Of a DNA stretch of 64,000 nucleotides, positions 36,380-47,912 are shown in pieces (the first letter of the stretch is position 1; each line of letters begins with the position of its first letter). The translations under genes were made by a program, and so were the position numbers. Source of the stretch: Podarcis melisellensis. Its lineage: Eukaryota. Below the pieces are notes generated by a model. That model was not told the origin of the DNA and did not search any database. It saw only the letters and a program-made list of their open reading frames with translations. Where the stretch lies: NCBI GenBank assembly GCA_964234715.1, contig OZ174277.1; one strand, written 5' to 3'.

Positions 36380-36719
36380 GTGAGTGGTTTGGCGGGGAGC
36401 TGTGGGCTCCATGGCGGTTAGGCATTGGTTAAAGTGGTGCTTGGAGGGGTAAGTGCCTACCCCTCCAAATGATGCGGAGGGAATTCCGTTAAAGGAATCC
36501 AGGGGCTTGCCATTCTTTTGTCCTTGTTCATGGCGTTGGACTTGGGCCGTGCAAGCCCCACAGGAACATGAGGGTGAGAAGTGTTAGACTGTTGCCCGGC
36601 TTCACTTTCTCACCCAATACTTGTTTCCCCACACTGGCTTCCGTTGGTGTCCGGTATGCCAGCTCTGTCCCTGAGGGCATGGACAGATAGTCATAACCAA
36701 TGCCTACGCAACCACTCAC
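36380..36719 (+). ncRNA. Predicted multi-stem structured RNA in the 3' UTR of the YR element
   Basis: Perfect 10-bp and 13-bp long-range stems enclosing six internal stems or hairpins (see findings). Confidence 0.65.
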
Positions 36720-36731
36720 ATTTTGTACTTG

Positions 36732-36737
36732 AATAAA
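36732..36737 (+). terminator. Poly(A) signal of the YR element
   Basis: AATAAA 13 nt after the structured domain, followed by a GT/T-rich tract at about 36775-36800. Confidence 0.6.
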
Positions 36738-38120
36738 GTTGTGGCCAAAATTATGCCAAAAACCCAAACAAAAATTGATGTGTGAAGTGTGAATTTTTTG
36801 GGGGTGGCATTGTGGGACTCAACACGCAACCACTTGAAACAGGACCCCCAAGCCAACATATTGCTTGCATATTGAAGATTTCATACATCTTCAAAAAGAA
36901 GAAATAAATTATTTGAAGACTGTGAATTGAAATGAAGGTTGTGAAGCTGTGAGCCTTTTAAACCCAATTCACAAAAATGAAAACATAACCATTATGCTTC
37001 ACCTCTAGAGGGCTCTCTAGGTTAGCCCTGAAGCATGCTGGCAACAAATGCTTCTCTGTTTTACCTAATCTCTAGTAAAGAAGTTACAGGATACAGGGCT
37101 GTCAATGCACATCCTTGAAACTATCTTATATACCATATTTTAAAATAATTTGGGTTTTTTTTGTTTTTAAGAGACAAGCCCAACTGAAGTTCTGAAAGCA
37201 TTGTGCTCCAGGAATCCAATCTGTGCTAACTCTGATAAGAAGGGAGCTGAACAACATTTCCCAGATCAATATGACAACCTGAATTTAGTTAACTGGCTTT
37301 TGCAATTCCCTAGTGTTTGGTGCAGGTTTTGGCTCAAAAAGTATTAAAATACATTTTTAAATGTGTATTTTGAGAGAAAGCAAGTTAAGAAACGCGGATT
37401 TTGACAGAAAAGGCCTATTTAATACAGCCCCCCTAAAAAATACAGGTTAATGTGGAGATGCAATAAATGTAATTAAAAGTGAACATAAGAAAAAGTGACA
37501 CAGAACAGAAATAAACAACCATCCATCCCTAATGACGGTAGGTTACTGCTATGTGATGTTTCTGTAGTTATATGATAACACAATGTGAAATGTTAATACA
37601 CATGCTCTTTTGAGAGAGAGAAGCACTCACGTACTATGTGCATGTTTTGTCAAAGGTCATGAAGCATTAAAAGAGATTAGGTATTATTAAGAGGGCTTCA
37701 GAGAACACAGAGCTTTAGCATTTGGGAGTGTGACACAGGATTGGTTCACATGTAAACCAAACCATGGTTTAGCATAGTTTTCCCCAAACTGAGGCTCTTT
37801 AAATGTATTGGACTACAATCCTATCACCCCCCCCCCCGTAAGCAAAGTCAATGGTCAGAGATTATGTCAGCTATAGTCCAAAATTATTGGAGGGAAATAC
37901 TAGTTTAATGTGATGCAATATCAGAAATTCCTTTTTACCAACTGCTTATTTCTCTGGCAAGTTTTCATTGCTCTTCTCCCCCTATAATTTTGCATTGTAA
38001 GACACCTTGGAACTAGCTATTTATAGAATTTTTACTTCATTTATAACTAAATAACTGAATGAATTAATAAATATTTTCCTATTGAATACAGCATTCATTA
38101 TTCACAATCATATTATTTAC

Positions 38121-38166
38121 CTCTGGTGGATCCTTCCATAGTATGTGGTGCAGCTAAAGTAGATTC
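38121..38166 (-). CDS. ADGB: ADGB exon 14 (short, poorly conserved)
   Basis: ESTLAAPHTMEGSTR; CAG/GTAAA. Its 46 nt convert phase 0 (exon 13) to the phase 1 required by exon 15. Confidence 0.75.
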
Positions 38167-38653
38167 CTGCAGAGTGGGGAAAAGTTTGTTTAGAACAATA
38201 CTGACAAAATAGCAAAAAGCAAAATAAATTAAATGTGTCATAAATTAGAAGTGTCATAGAAAGCTAGTTATCTGTAGCAAACGTCCACAGTCTGGCAAAC
38301 CTCACTACACACTCATTTCCATGAGACTGTGTGTGCATGTGCACACATGTGTGCTAATGTTGGCTTCACTGCAGGATGTGAAGCAATAACTGAAAGCTTA
38401 AAACAACCCTGTTCTTGTCCCTAGGGACAACTCTTAATTCAGAAGTATGCTCAGCCATCTACTACCAAATTGCCTTTTGCATGGTGGCAGATTTAGGATC
38501 ATGCCCACCAATTCCAACTGTTCTGCTCTCAGATCAATATAGTACTGGAAGTCCAATTTAAGGGAATATTTCTGTATTTTTACAAATTGTGTCTTCCACA
38601 TTACAGTATGCTCAATAAAGGTTATAAAATGATAGAATTTGGAATCCAGGGTA

Positions 38654-38894
38654 CAGTCGTACCTTGGAAGCCCAACGGAATCTGTTCTGGAAATCCGTTT
38701 GACTTCCAAAACATTCGGCAACCGAGGTGCAGCTTCCGATTGGCTGTAGGAGCTTCTTGCAGCCAGTTGGAAGCCACACTGGATGTTTGGCTTCCAAAGA
38801 ATGTTCACAAGCCGGAACACTCACTTCCGGATTTGTGGTGTTTGGGAGCCAAAACGTATGAGTGCCAAGGCGTTCGGCTTCCAAGGTTTGACTG
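38654..38894. mobile_element. Tc1/mariner-type MITE
   Basis: TIR CAGTCGTACCTTGGAAGCC/GGCTTCCAAGGTTTGACTG with TA on both sides. Confidence 0.85.
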
Positions 38895-39374
38895 TACAGC
38901 CCCCAGAAGAGGGATAGTGGAAGCTGAATTTCCCAACTTATCCACACAGTCCCTTAAAGCCTCTCATGGGACTTGGGAGACAATGGTAAATGGGACAGAG
39001 GTATATATAACCTGCCACTAGTCACACTAGTCAGCCCAGTAGCATTTTGTGCTTGATAAGCATCCTGTTTTTGCTGCCCACCTGGGACTGCAAAAAAACA
39101 GGACCAATTTCAAACCCCAATAGGTTATACATGCATGGCTGGTAGGCTGAGCTGTGCTTGCTTGGCAAGTTGTGCAGGACTGATCTAGAATGATTTGTGA
39201 ACATCACTTTTTTACTACAAACTTCAGATGAATCACAGTCTTCAGATTTATTCAAATGCAAAGAGAAAGAGCTCAGCAACATTTTTCTTTTTTCAAAAAA
39301 CTGATCATACAGGAAGTAGTGTACACAATTTTTAGCAGGAACGGAGAACAACACATGCAGAGTAAAATCTTCAC

Positions 39375-39507
39375 CTGAGAAATTTCTTCTGTACTCGTTA
39401 AATTTGAATCTCCAGAAGAGTCAATTATGCTTTCATCATTTTCAGTGACAGCAGGAAGACTGGATGCTGGAAGAGATCCCTTTTTGAATGTAGAAGGTGG
39501 GAAATGG
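39375..39507 (-). CDS. ADGB: ADGB exon 13
   Basis: HFPPSTFKKGSLPASSLPAVTENDES...; TAG/GTGAA. Confidence 0.88.
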
Positions 39508-40164
39508 CTAAATAAAACACAGATAAATTAACATTCATCTCTAAATAAAATGTATATATTAAAATGTCCAGTGGAGTAACTCTACTCCATTAGCAGTTAC
39601 CATAAAAAGAAGTCCTACTGGAAAATAGGGAATATCCAAGGGAAATTAATTTAAGTTCAGAAATCAAAAACACTTCCTTTCACTTTGAGGAGGTGAGAGT
39701 TACTAATGAAGCTTCTAATCCTGGTACCTGTTCTATAAAAGAAGGTAGACTTTTTTAAGAGCAGAGGCTCTGCTCACCAGAGGCTGGGCTAGCTGTTCCA
39801 AGGAAGTGGGAGGCCTGTTTTAGGCTTAGTCTGGGTTCATTGTTTATTGGAGCTACATTCAAGCTTTCCTTGTCTCACTGCCAACCTAGGTGCTACTAGG
39901 AGCTATCCAGGGTACTACTTATCTAACAACCTTGCCGGTTTGCTTCATCCATATGTTTTGGGACAACTCCCATCATCCCTAGCTAACAGGACCAGTGGTC
40001 AGAGATGATGGGAACTGTAGTCCCAAAACATCTGGAGGGCTGAGTTTGGGGATGACTGATCTAGGCCTACATTTTCCTTTGTCTGGCTGTGCCTTACTGG
40101 GCCTGGCTTCCTGAATGGGAGCTAATAATATGTGACAATGAGTCCCTGGAATTTGGGTCTAGCA

Positions 40165-40300
40165 CAGGCTTCCTCAAACTCGGCCCTCCAGATGTTTTTG
40201 GCCTACAACTCCCATGATCCCTAGCTAGCAGGACCAGTGGTCAGGGATGATGGGAATTGTAGTCTCAAAACATCCGGAGGGCCGAGTTTGAGGAAGCCTG
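40165..40300. mobile_element. hAT-type MITE, 136 bp
   Basis: Long TIR CAGGCTTCCTCAAACTCGGCCCTCC; perfect 8-bp TSD GTCTAGCA. Confidence 0.9.
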
Positions 40301-41025
40301 GTCTAGCATATGCTACCACTTTGGGCAAGAACCTTGTCTCCTGGCTGAAACCACTGCCTGGGAGAAAACAAGGGCATCGTGTTGATTACCATCCATTGCA
40401 TTTTTGAAGCATAAATTGTAAGCCATCATTTCTGGTAGTTATTTTTTGTGATTGTCTTTTTTGTTTTTAAATCTGTTTTTAATGTTGTATTTAATTTTTT
40501 TGCAACCTGCCCTGGGACCTTCGGGGAAATACACATTAGAAATTAAATCATCATCATCATCTCCAGTTCCTTATGTAGCCCACCCCCCTCGCACATGCAT
40601 GCTGCCTCTCATGCTGCTCTAGGGAATCTCCAAATCCTCTGGTTCAGTTTTTCGGGGGGTGGAAAAGAATCTGAGAAAAGTGCCTCTCCTTCCCCTAACA
40701 TGAATGCAAGTCTGATTCCAACACATTGTCTTTTGGACATATAGGAAGTTATATATGTCTAATGGGATTTTTGAAGTTCAGGTTTTTTTAAATTACAGCA
40801 TTACCATGAACTTCTATGAATACAAATCACTTGTGGCACATTTCCCCTCCTTTCCTCCCTTTCTTCCTCTATTGATAAACACACCCCTTTAATACTTTGT
40901 AGTGTTAAATTGTTGTTGAATTAACCTTTATTGCACAAAATATCATTATTTATTAAATTTTATGTAACGCTTGATTGTAGGTTTCCAAATATAATTCACT
41001 GAAGCCCACTGGTTCATATACTTAC

Positions 41026-41116
41026 GTGTCTCTTGGTATTGGCATTGGAGAAAGTCTATAGCTCAGAAACGGGCTAGCAAGTTCAATGAATTGTTCTGGC
41101 TTTTTAATGACAGGTT
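41026..41116 (-). CDS. ADGB: ADGB exon 12
   Basis: PVIKKPEQFIELASPFLSYRLSPMPIPRD. Confidence 0.92.
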
Positions 41117-42019
41117 CTGGAAGGTAAAAAACAAAAACAAGAGTTCTTCATAGTTTAAGAAACCCTCCACAAAAAACGACTCTCATTGAAAAATAACAAC
41201 CTGAATCCAGGGAATAGTATATTATCTGCAGGTTCTATACAAGACTGCCTTTCATTCGGGAAGGTGAAATATGCACACAGACAAACATGGTTAGCAGGTT
41301 TATGTTAAAATGTTAACAGCACAGATTTAACAAGGAAAAAATATTCTTAATGTTGTAAAGGACATCAGCCTCACCCTCATGGCAGTACCAAAACAATGAC
41401 CCAAACTGGGTGATCCCCTTTCATGTCACCCCTTTGGGGTCAGCCCACCAGCAGCAGTCTTGCCCTGTGGGCAGGAAAAGAGGCTCAGATGCCTAGAGTC
41501 CTCCAGCTGGTTCTGCTACAGCTGTAAAGCTTCAAAGACAGATGTTGACTATTAGGAGCTCAAGGGAGGGATAATATGAGGGTAATATTCTTATCTGCCA
41601 CTCTCTTTTCTCACTGGTCTGGCCCAAACAAAGAAAAAGTCAACATTCCTCCCAACAAAATGATAACACTTTCCACATTGCAAGTTTCTGTGCCAAACCA
41701 GAGAAGTGTCCTATACTATATTTTGTGTATGTAGGTGTATTGCTGTGGGTCAGATTGCTTTCAGAAGACATAATATACCCCGATGTCTCAAACGTGGTCA
41801 AGACAAGGGAAACACAACAAAAACTACACAACAATACTACTTTCAGTATTCATTTCAAGCACAGAATAATACTTATTAGGTAAAGTAAAAAGCATCTGAA
41901 TTTTCATATATCAATCCTTTTGATCCTCTAAATAGCAGTGTGGGTGAAATCAAGAGACAAGTATTACATTTTGGCTTATTGTTAGTTTAAAATATACCGC
42001 AAAGCCTGGAAAGACAAAC

Positions 42020-42194
42020 CTTGGGGTTCATCAGTCACAATTGTTTCTTTTTTCTGGCGGATAAGTTTCCAACGGGGAATAGGTGGTGGTTTGGGAGGGG
42101 CTACCAGGGGACCGGACCTTGTTCTGGTTAGCAGTGCAGGGTGACTGTATATGTGGGAAAGACCATATTGCCGCAACTGCTCAGATGAATCAGC
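42020..42194 (-). CDS. ADGB: ADGB exon 11
   Basis: ADSSEQLRQYGLSHIYSHPALLTRTRSGPLVAPPKPPPIPRWKLIRQKKE. Confidence 0.96.
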
Positions 42195-42765
42195 CTGCAA
42201 AAGAAAGAGGAATAAAATGCTGTGTTACACGTAAAAATATCAAGAAGAAACTAATTTTGGCACAATTATGTAATTTCTGACTATCATAATTGTTCTGGGA
42301 CAGAGAGCACCACACTGCCTCTGTATGTGGGGCCATCAACAGCCCTAAACTCCATCTGAGTGCTCCAATCCTACCATTGGCAAGACAGAGTATCAAAGAG
42401 GTAGAAGGGGAATATAGAGGAATATAGGAACAACTGCACAGTCCTGCAAAAACAATAAGACTCAGGTTTGGAGTGGAAATAAAGTATTGCACTGTAATTG
42501 AGCTGTAATTTCTCTCAAAGACTGTTGGCAAACTTGGCCAGTCACTAGCATAATTACAGCCCTGTCTACTTCTAGATTATCCTTCGTTATGATGGGCAAC
42601 TTATTCTTGGCTAGACCTACATGGAAAGTCTCCAGTAACATTGGGAAGATTTCCCTGTTAATGCCAGGATTCCAATTAACTGCACATTGCTGTACCAAGT
42701 TTCAAAAAAGGAATGTTTATGAAACATACGTTTCTTTTTAACAAGTCAAAGCACTTAAGGTATAA

Positions 42766-42801
42766 AACCAACCAACCAACCAACCAACCAACCAACCAAC
42801 C
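42766..42801. repeat. (AACC)n microsatellite
   Basis: Seen directly. Confidence 0.95.
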
Positions 42802-42944
42802 ACAAAGCTGAGCAGGACAGAGGCAGAAAATTGGTCTACAAACAGCCCTTTTCACAAATATGTTTTGTGTTCTTTGTTGATACATTTGCTGTTTTTATTC
42901 GATTATTAGTTCATATTTTGAAGGCAACATAAACAAAGCCTTAC

Positions 42945-43039
42945 CATTTTCCCTAAGACAAATATCTTTCTTTCAGACACATAAAGAGGCATATAGCAAG
43001 CATATACCACCATCTGTGGCTGCAGTGGTGTTGCAGAAC
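42945..43039 (-). CDS. ADGB: ADGB exon 10
   Basis: SATPLQPQMVVYACYMPLYVSERKIFVLGKM. Confidence 0.92.
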
Positions 43040-43815
43040 CTATTAAAAGAACCCATTACATATTATTATTAATTAGATTTATATACCACCCATCAAAAGA
43101 TTTCAGGGCAGTTCACAAGATAAAAATACAAGATAAAAAACCTCCAAAATGGTAACAAAACCCCCCTGAAATGCTGCCACAGATAATAGCTCAATATTAT
43201 CATAAGTATTATAGACCTTGTTAGGTGCTATGTTGCTATGAAGGCAAGAAATGAAACTTGATTTCACCAATTTTGTTCAAGTTAAGTAACCTTTCAGGTG
43301 AATGGAGCTACTTCAGAACAGTGGTTTCCTGATCAGTTAGGGCTTTACACTTAAACAGCATACATTTTATTCACTTTTTTTTCTAGGTACTGATCTGCCC
43401 CTACGTGACCTCTTGTGCTTAGAGCAGAAAAAGAGCAGCCAAACCATGGAAGGAACTAGCAATCTCCAAGTGAATTGTTCCATGTACCTTCCCAGCCACC
43501 ACCTGCTTTTCCCACAACAAATCCAAAATTTTAGCAAAGTGTTCAGGATTGCAGTTTACCTGAAGAAGTTAACTTCTTCAGACCACCTAAAAGAAGAAGG
43601 GAATGTGGGGCAATATACACTTTCTCTGAGGCTGAAACCAACTCTGAAGTACTTTCTGCCTGCCTTTGAGATTAATTTGTGTTTCATGCAAACTGGTGTG
43701 ATCAGTCTCATTCAGCTGAGGAAAAGCCTACAATCCTTAATTATGAGCAGAAGTCAATAAAGTATTCAGGGTCGAGATCAGTTGTTACATACATCTAGGA
43801 ACAGTTATAATTTAC

Positions 43816-43944
43816 CATCAAGAAACAGCTGGAGAGAATTTTGAAAGTCAGAAGACACGCGTCCAGAATGAGGCCCTGGCCTAAATTTATCCCTTTCACC
43901 ATCTTTGCTTCTCTTCTTTCCAACATCTTTTTGATCTTGCTTCT
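43816..43944 (-). CDS. ADGB: ADGB exon 9
   Basis: KQDQKDVGKKRSKDGERDKF...; phases match neighbours. Confidence 0.92.
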
Positions 43945-44169
43945 CTACCAAAGAAAGACAATGCATGTGTGAATACTAGCATACATGGTCACACAACACC
44001 CAGGGGTCCTTGTCTCAAGCAATGGGTAGTACAGAAAACCGTGAACCAAAATGTTAAGTTCAAGATAAATCATGATTCTGTGTTCAAGGCAACCTTTACA
44101 AATGGCTCGCCACTCATATCTTGTCTATAACCTTTCCACGTATTTTAATTTAATTAATTAATTAATTAA

Positions 44170-44375
44170 TTAATTAAATTTATATAACACCTTTATCTTC
44201 CAAGGAGCTCAAGGTGGTGTGCATGGTTCTCCTCCTCCCCATTTCATCCTCTCAACAACCCTGTGAGGTAGGTTAGGCTAAGAGATGGTGACTGGCCTAA
44301 GATCACCCAGTGAGCTCCATGGCTGAGTGGGGATTCAAACCCTGGTCTCTCAGGCCATAGTCCAGCACCACCCAT
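44170..44375 (-). mobile_element. tRNA-derived CORE/MIR-like SINE
   Basis: ACAACCCTGTGAGGTAGG core, B-box GGGATTCAAACCC read on +, adjacent (TTAA)n tail. Confidence 0.7.
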
Positions 44376-46004
44376 TAGCAACTATGAGAATCAATAACCC
44401 ACGCAGAGACTGTGATCTTCACAGATGCCCCCATGCAAAGCCCCAGCAAAGACTGGAATGCCAACGCAGGGGCTTCGTGAGCAGATAATATGAGTCTCTC
44501 TGGAAAAGAACGAACACGATGCCTGTTTACTGGCCTGCCTAGCGGTTTTATAGCAGAACAAAGCACAAAGGATAACTAATAGTCACCTTTCTTTCTTATT
44601 TAAAGTGTTTTTACACTGTACTTTCCATTCTGAAGAACCTTTAAGACACTTAACAACAATATTGATAAAGACTATTCATATACAATAAAAATATAATGCT
44701 TATGCAAAACTATAAAATGTTATAGAACATTATAGTAGAAAAATTACAGTAGGGATGAAATAAAAAAAGATTACAAATCCCAGTAGCCTGGGCCCATGGA
44801 AAAATGTTTTCACCAAAAATAATAAGTTAATCTGGGCTTCTTGTGAGAAGGAATTCCAGAGGTAAGGCATGACAACAACAAAAGTCTTGACTACATACTG
44901 ATCAACCACACTTAGTCATGGAGCAGAACTTCTAAAGATCTAAGTGGCATGGGCAGGATTACAACCATTTCAGGTCTTTAAAGGTGAGAGCCAGCACCTG
45001 CCTTGAGCTCAGAAACAATTTGGAAACCAATGAAGCAGCAGAGTCCAATGATTTGATTTGATTTTTTAAAGAATCAGGTTAAGTAAAACGCTTTCTGCCA
45101 CCATTTGCAGTAGATGAAGTTTCTGGACACTTTTCAAAGGCAACCCTATATAAATTGCTGCAATAATCCAGTTTCAAGATAACTAAGGAATGTGTGAGGA
45201 TGGCCAGCCTTCTCCAGGGAAGGGCACAGCTGGCTCACAGGACCTAAGACCACCACTCCTGGTCGAAGCTGCTATGTGCTAAAAGTAGAGCTCTCCACAG
45301 TTTCTGAGGGCCAAACTTGACATGACCCCATTCCATGCAATTAGAAAGTGCACTGTATATATACACAGTATATATAGAGAAAAAGAGAATATGTGACGGG
45401 CCACAGAGATCCTTTACCTTCCTGTGATTCCTGCTATTTACTTTTTAAAAAATCATGCAATTGCTATTGGTGCAAATGTTTTTTGCCTCTAAACTATGTC
45501 ATTTAAAGAAGAAAACCCGAGATAATATTTAAGACTTGATTAAAAAATACTTACATGGAGAATATTTTTTCTGTATCCTATTTGATCAGTACTTACAACC
45601 AAACTTACACTTCACTATCCCGTGTACAGTTAAGTCTACTGAAATCAATAAGGCTTAATGTATCTACTGTGGCAGTATACTGTATATTTACTCAGAAGTA
45701 AGTCTCACTAAGTTCAGTGGTGCTGAGTTATCTGAGGGCAGTCCTAAATTTTCAATCCAGCACACTGTTGCACTGATTTCAATGGGATTTAAAGGTACTT
45801 TGTTGTACACTGGATTGCAGACTTACTTCAAACCTCAGTTCTCTCTCTCACATACACATAACACCTTCAAGTCTGGTAACTCCTTGGAGTTTAATGTGAT
45901 TATTTGACGCCTATACAGAAAAGTGCAAAGAAATAAAGATGTGGTTTCTCTGTCCAGAAGGTGTCCTTTGTTGCATATCATTTACAGTCTTTAAAATTTC
46001 ATAC

Positions 46005-46204
46005 CTTTGGCAGTTTTTTCAGGTTTCTCTACCTTCTCTGGTGGCTTAACAGTAGGTACGGCATCATTTTTAATGTCAGATGATTTCAGATCTTTTTTAG
46101 TGTCTTGAAGTGACATCTTAAGTTCAGGAACGGATTCTTCTGGTAACTTAAATTCTGGCAATGTCTCTCTTAAGAATTCCCAAACTTTATCCAAATATCC
46201 AGAT
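46005..46204 (-). CDS. ADGB: ADGB exon 8
   Basis: SGYLDKVWEFLRETLPEFKLP...EKTAK; AAG acceptor, GTATG donor. Confidence 0.92.
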
Positions 46205-47434
46205 CTTTAAAATATACATAAACATTGATTTGAAATGTAGTTCTGCCTGCTCTTTATTTACTGCATATGCATTATGCTACTCAAGTTTTCAAGTAGAAGT
46301 CAAGTCAAGCAACCATGCTGAATTTTAATACCATTTAAATAGTCTGGTTATCACTGGAACCATTCTAGTCACTCTTGGAACCTAGTGTCATCTAGAATGT
46401 ATCCACTCCTTGAAAAGAAATGCAACCTATTTTTTTTTCTAGAGTACTGAGAAAATAACTAACGAAGACAAGCACAACTGTTTGCCAAAAGGTTAGGGAC
46501 AAAGCAAAAGCAACCCCAACCAGGGGAGTAAAGTGGTGGAACAATGGCCACATGCCCAAGTCTTGCCACTTGAGCCAGTCAATAGGTTTTTTGCAATGCT
46601 GGCTCTAGGCTGATACTGTTGAGGGGCTCTATGCTGGCACTCCCCTCAGGGAATAGAGCAGCTTTACATCTAGTGGATCTATGGCTGGTTCTGCATTGTA
46701 CCTGCCCCACACTCTTAATGATTCTATAAGGCTATGTTTTGGAGCCCTATACTAGCTGCTGCAAACAGCCTTTCAACCCCCTGCACTTTTGGCAGCGATG
46801 GAGTCCTCCACTGGTGGAGGGACATCATCTTATCTTAACTCTCTCTAGCAGCACAGATCAGAAGGTTAAGATTACTCTGTAAAACCCATTCAGAAATAAC
46901 ATAAACAAAAAAACCCCCTAAACTAAGCAGTTTCAAAACCAGAAATTTAAAATGATTGTTTGATACGATGAACATAGTTTTCCCCCTACATCCTTGGACA
47001 GCACGATCCAATGTATGTTTGCTCAGATGAAAGCCCTACTGAGTTCAACAGGTCTAACTCCCAGGTAAGTGTGAATTTGAAATTCATTTAGGCTAGAATC
47101 CTATAGACACCATTAATTACCAGACAAACCCAACAAATAAAACATGTGTACAACCATTTTAAAAGGTAATATTTCACTAAAGGAGTCATAAAGTGATTAA
47201 ATAGCGAGTGAGTATTGAGCAGGCAAAAAGGAAGACATGAAAAAGATCCCAGCAACAATCAACTTATGATCTTTTAAGGTTTTTTAAAAAATTCACAGAG
47301 TTCAGTTGATTTTGACTGCTTTTAAGTTTTGAGTCATACTGTGTATCTATTCACCCCATCCCACCCCAAACACCAGATCAACCAAGTACACAGGACGCAA
47401 AGCTGAAGGAACTGCATATAAAAGTGGAACTTAC

Positions 47435-47521
47435 TGGAGAGGAATAATTTCTGGTATCCATCCAGTAAGTGCATGTAGAACTGTGAATTCCCCCAGCTCC
47501 CTTTTTCCTACATCATTTATG
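47435..47521 (-). CDS. ADGB: ADGB exon 7
   Basis: INDVGKRELGEFTVLHALTGWIPEIIPL. Confidence 0.94.
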
Positions 47522-47781
47522 CTAAAACAAATACAAATATGCATATAAGCAGATCAATATTCTATTCAGATATTAATTCTTTCTCAACAGTCACTCATAT
47601 CCTTCCAAATTCTTCATATTTCATATATAATTTCCACTGCAAACAAGAATATTCACAAATCAATTCACAGTACAGCTGCAGTCAGAAGGGTATAGGTCTC
47701 CTATCTTTTCTTCGCAGAAACAAAATATAGCATCAGATAGGAATGAAGCACTAAGCAATTCAAGCTTTCAAAGGTTTGAAG

Positions 47782-47912
47782 CAGGCTTCCTCAACCTTGG
47801 CCCTCCAGATGTTCTGAGACTACCCATGATCCCTGACCACTGGTCCTGCTAGCTAGGGATCATGGGAGTTGTAGGCCAAAAACATCTAGAGGGCCGAGGT
47901 TGAGGAAGCCTG
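47782..47912. mobile_element. hAT-type MITE, same family as 40165, opposite orientation
   Basis: TIR CAGGCTTCCTCAACCT; perfect 8-bp TSD GTTTGAAG. Confidence 0.9.

Larger units (their letters stand above)
30205..36830 (+). mobile_element. Tyrosine-recombinase retrotransposon (DIRS order, Ngaro-like coding content), apparently full length, in ADGB intron 14
   Basis: Gag, RT/RNase H, YR and SGNH ORFs in series; sharp GC/CpG shift from the host intron; termini GTTGCG...CGCAAC flanked by CACGT and CACTT. Exact ends are inferred. Confidence 0.9.

Noticed and set aside
36469-36495. Hammerhead-like look of ATGATG-CGGAG GGAA TTCCG-TTAAA within the 3' structure
   Set aside because: Lacks the invariant CUGANGA and GAAA core, so it cannot be called a hammerhead.
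31794-36767. Short alternative-frame and antisense ORFs over the element
   Set aside because: Shadows of the four real ORFs in GC-rich sequence; no motifs.
30204-36832. LTR retrotransposon interpretation (TG...CA-like ends)
   Set aside because: No long direct repeats, protease, DDE integrase or primer-binding site; a tyrosine recombinase is present instead.
38434-39021. Overlapping 111-144 aa ORFs
   Set aside because: They span a non-coding MITE and show no transposase motifs.
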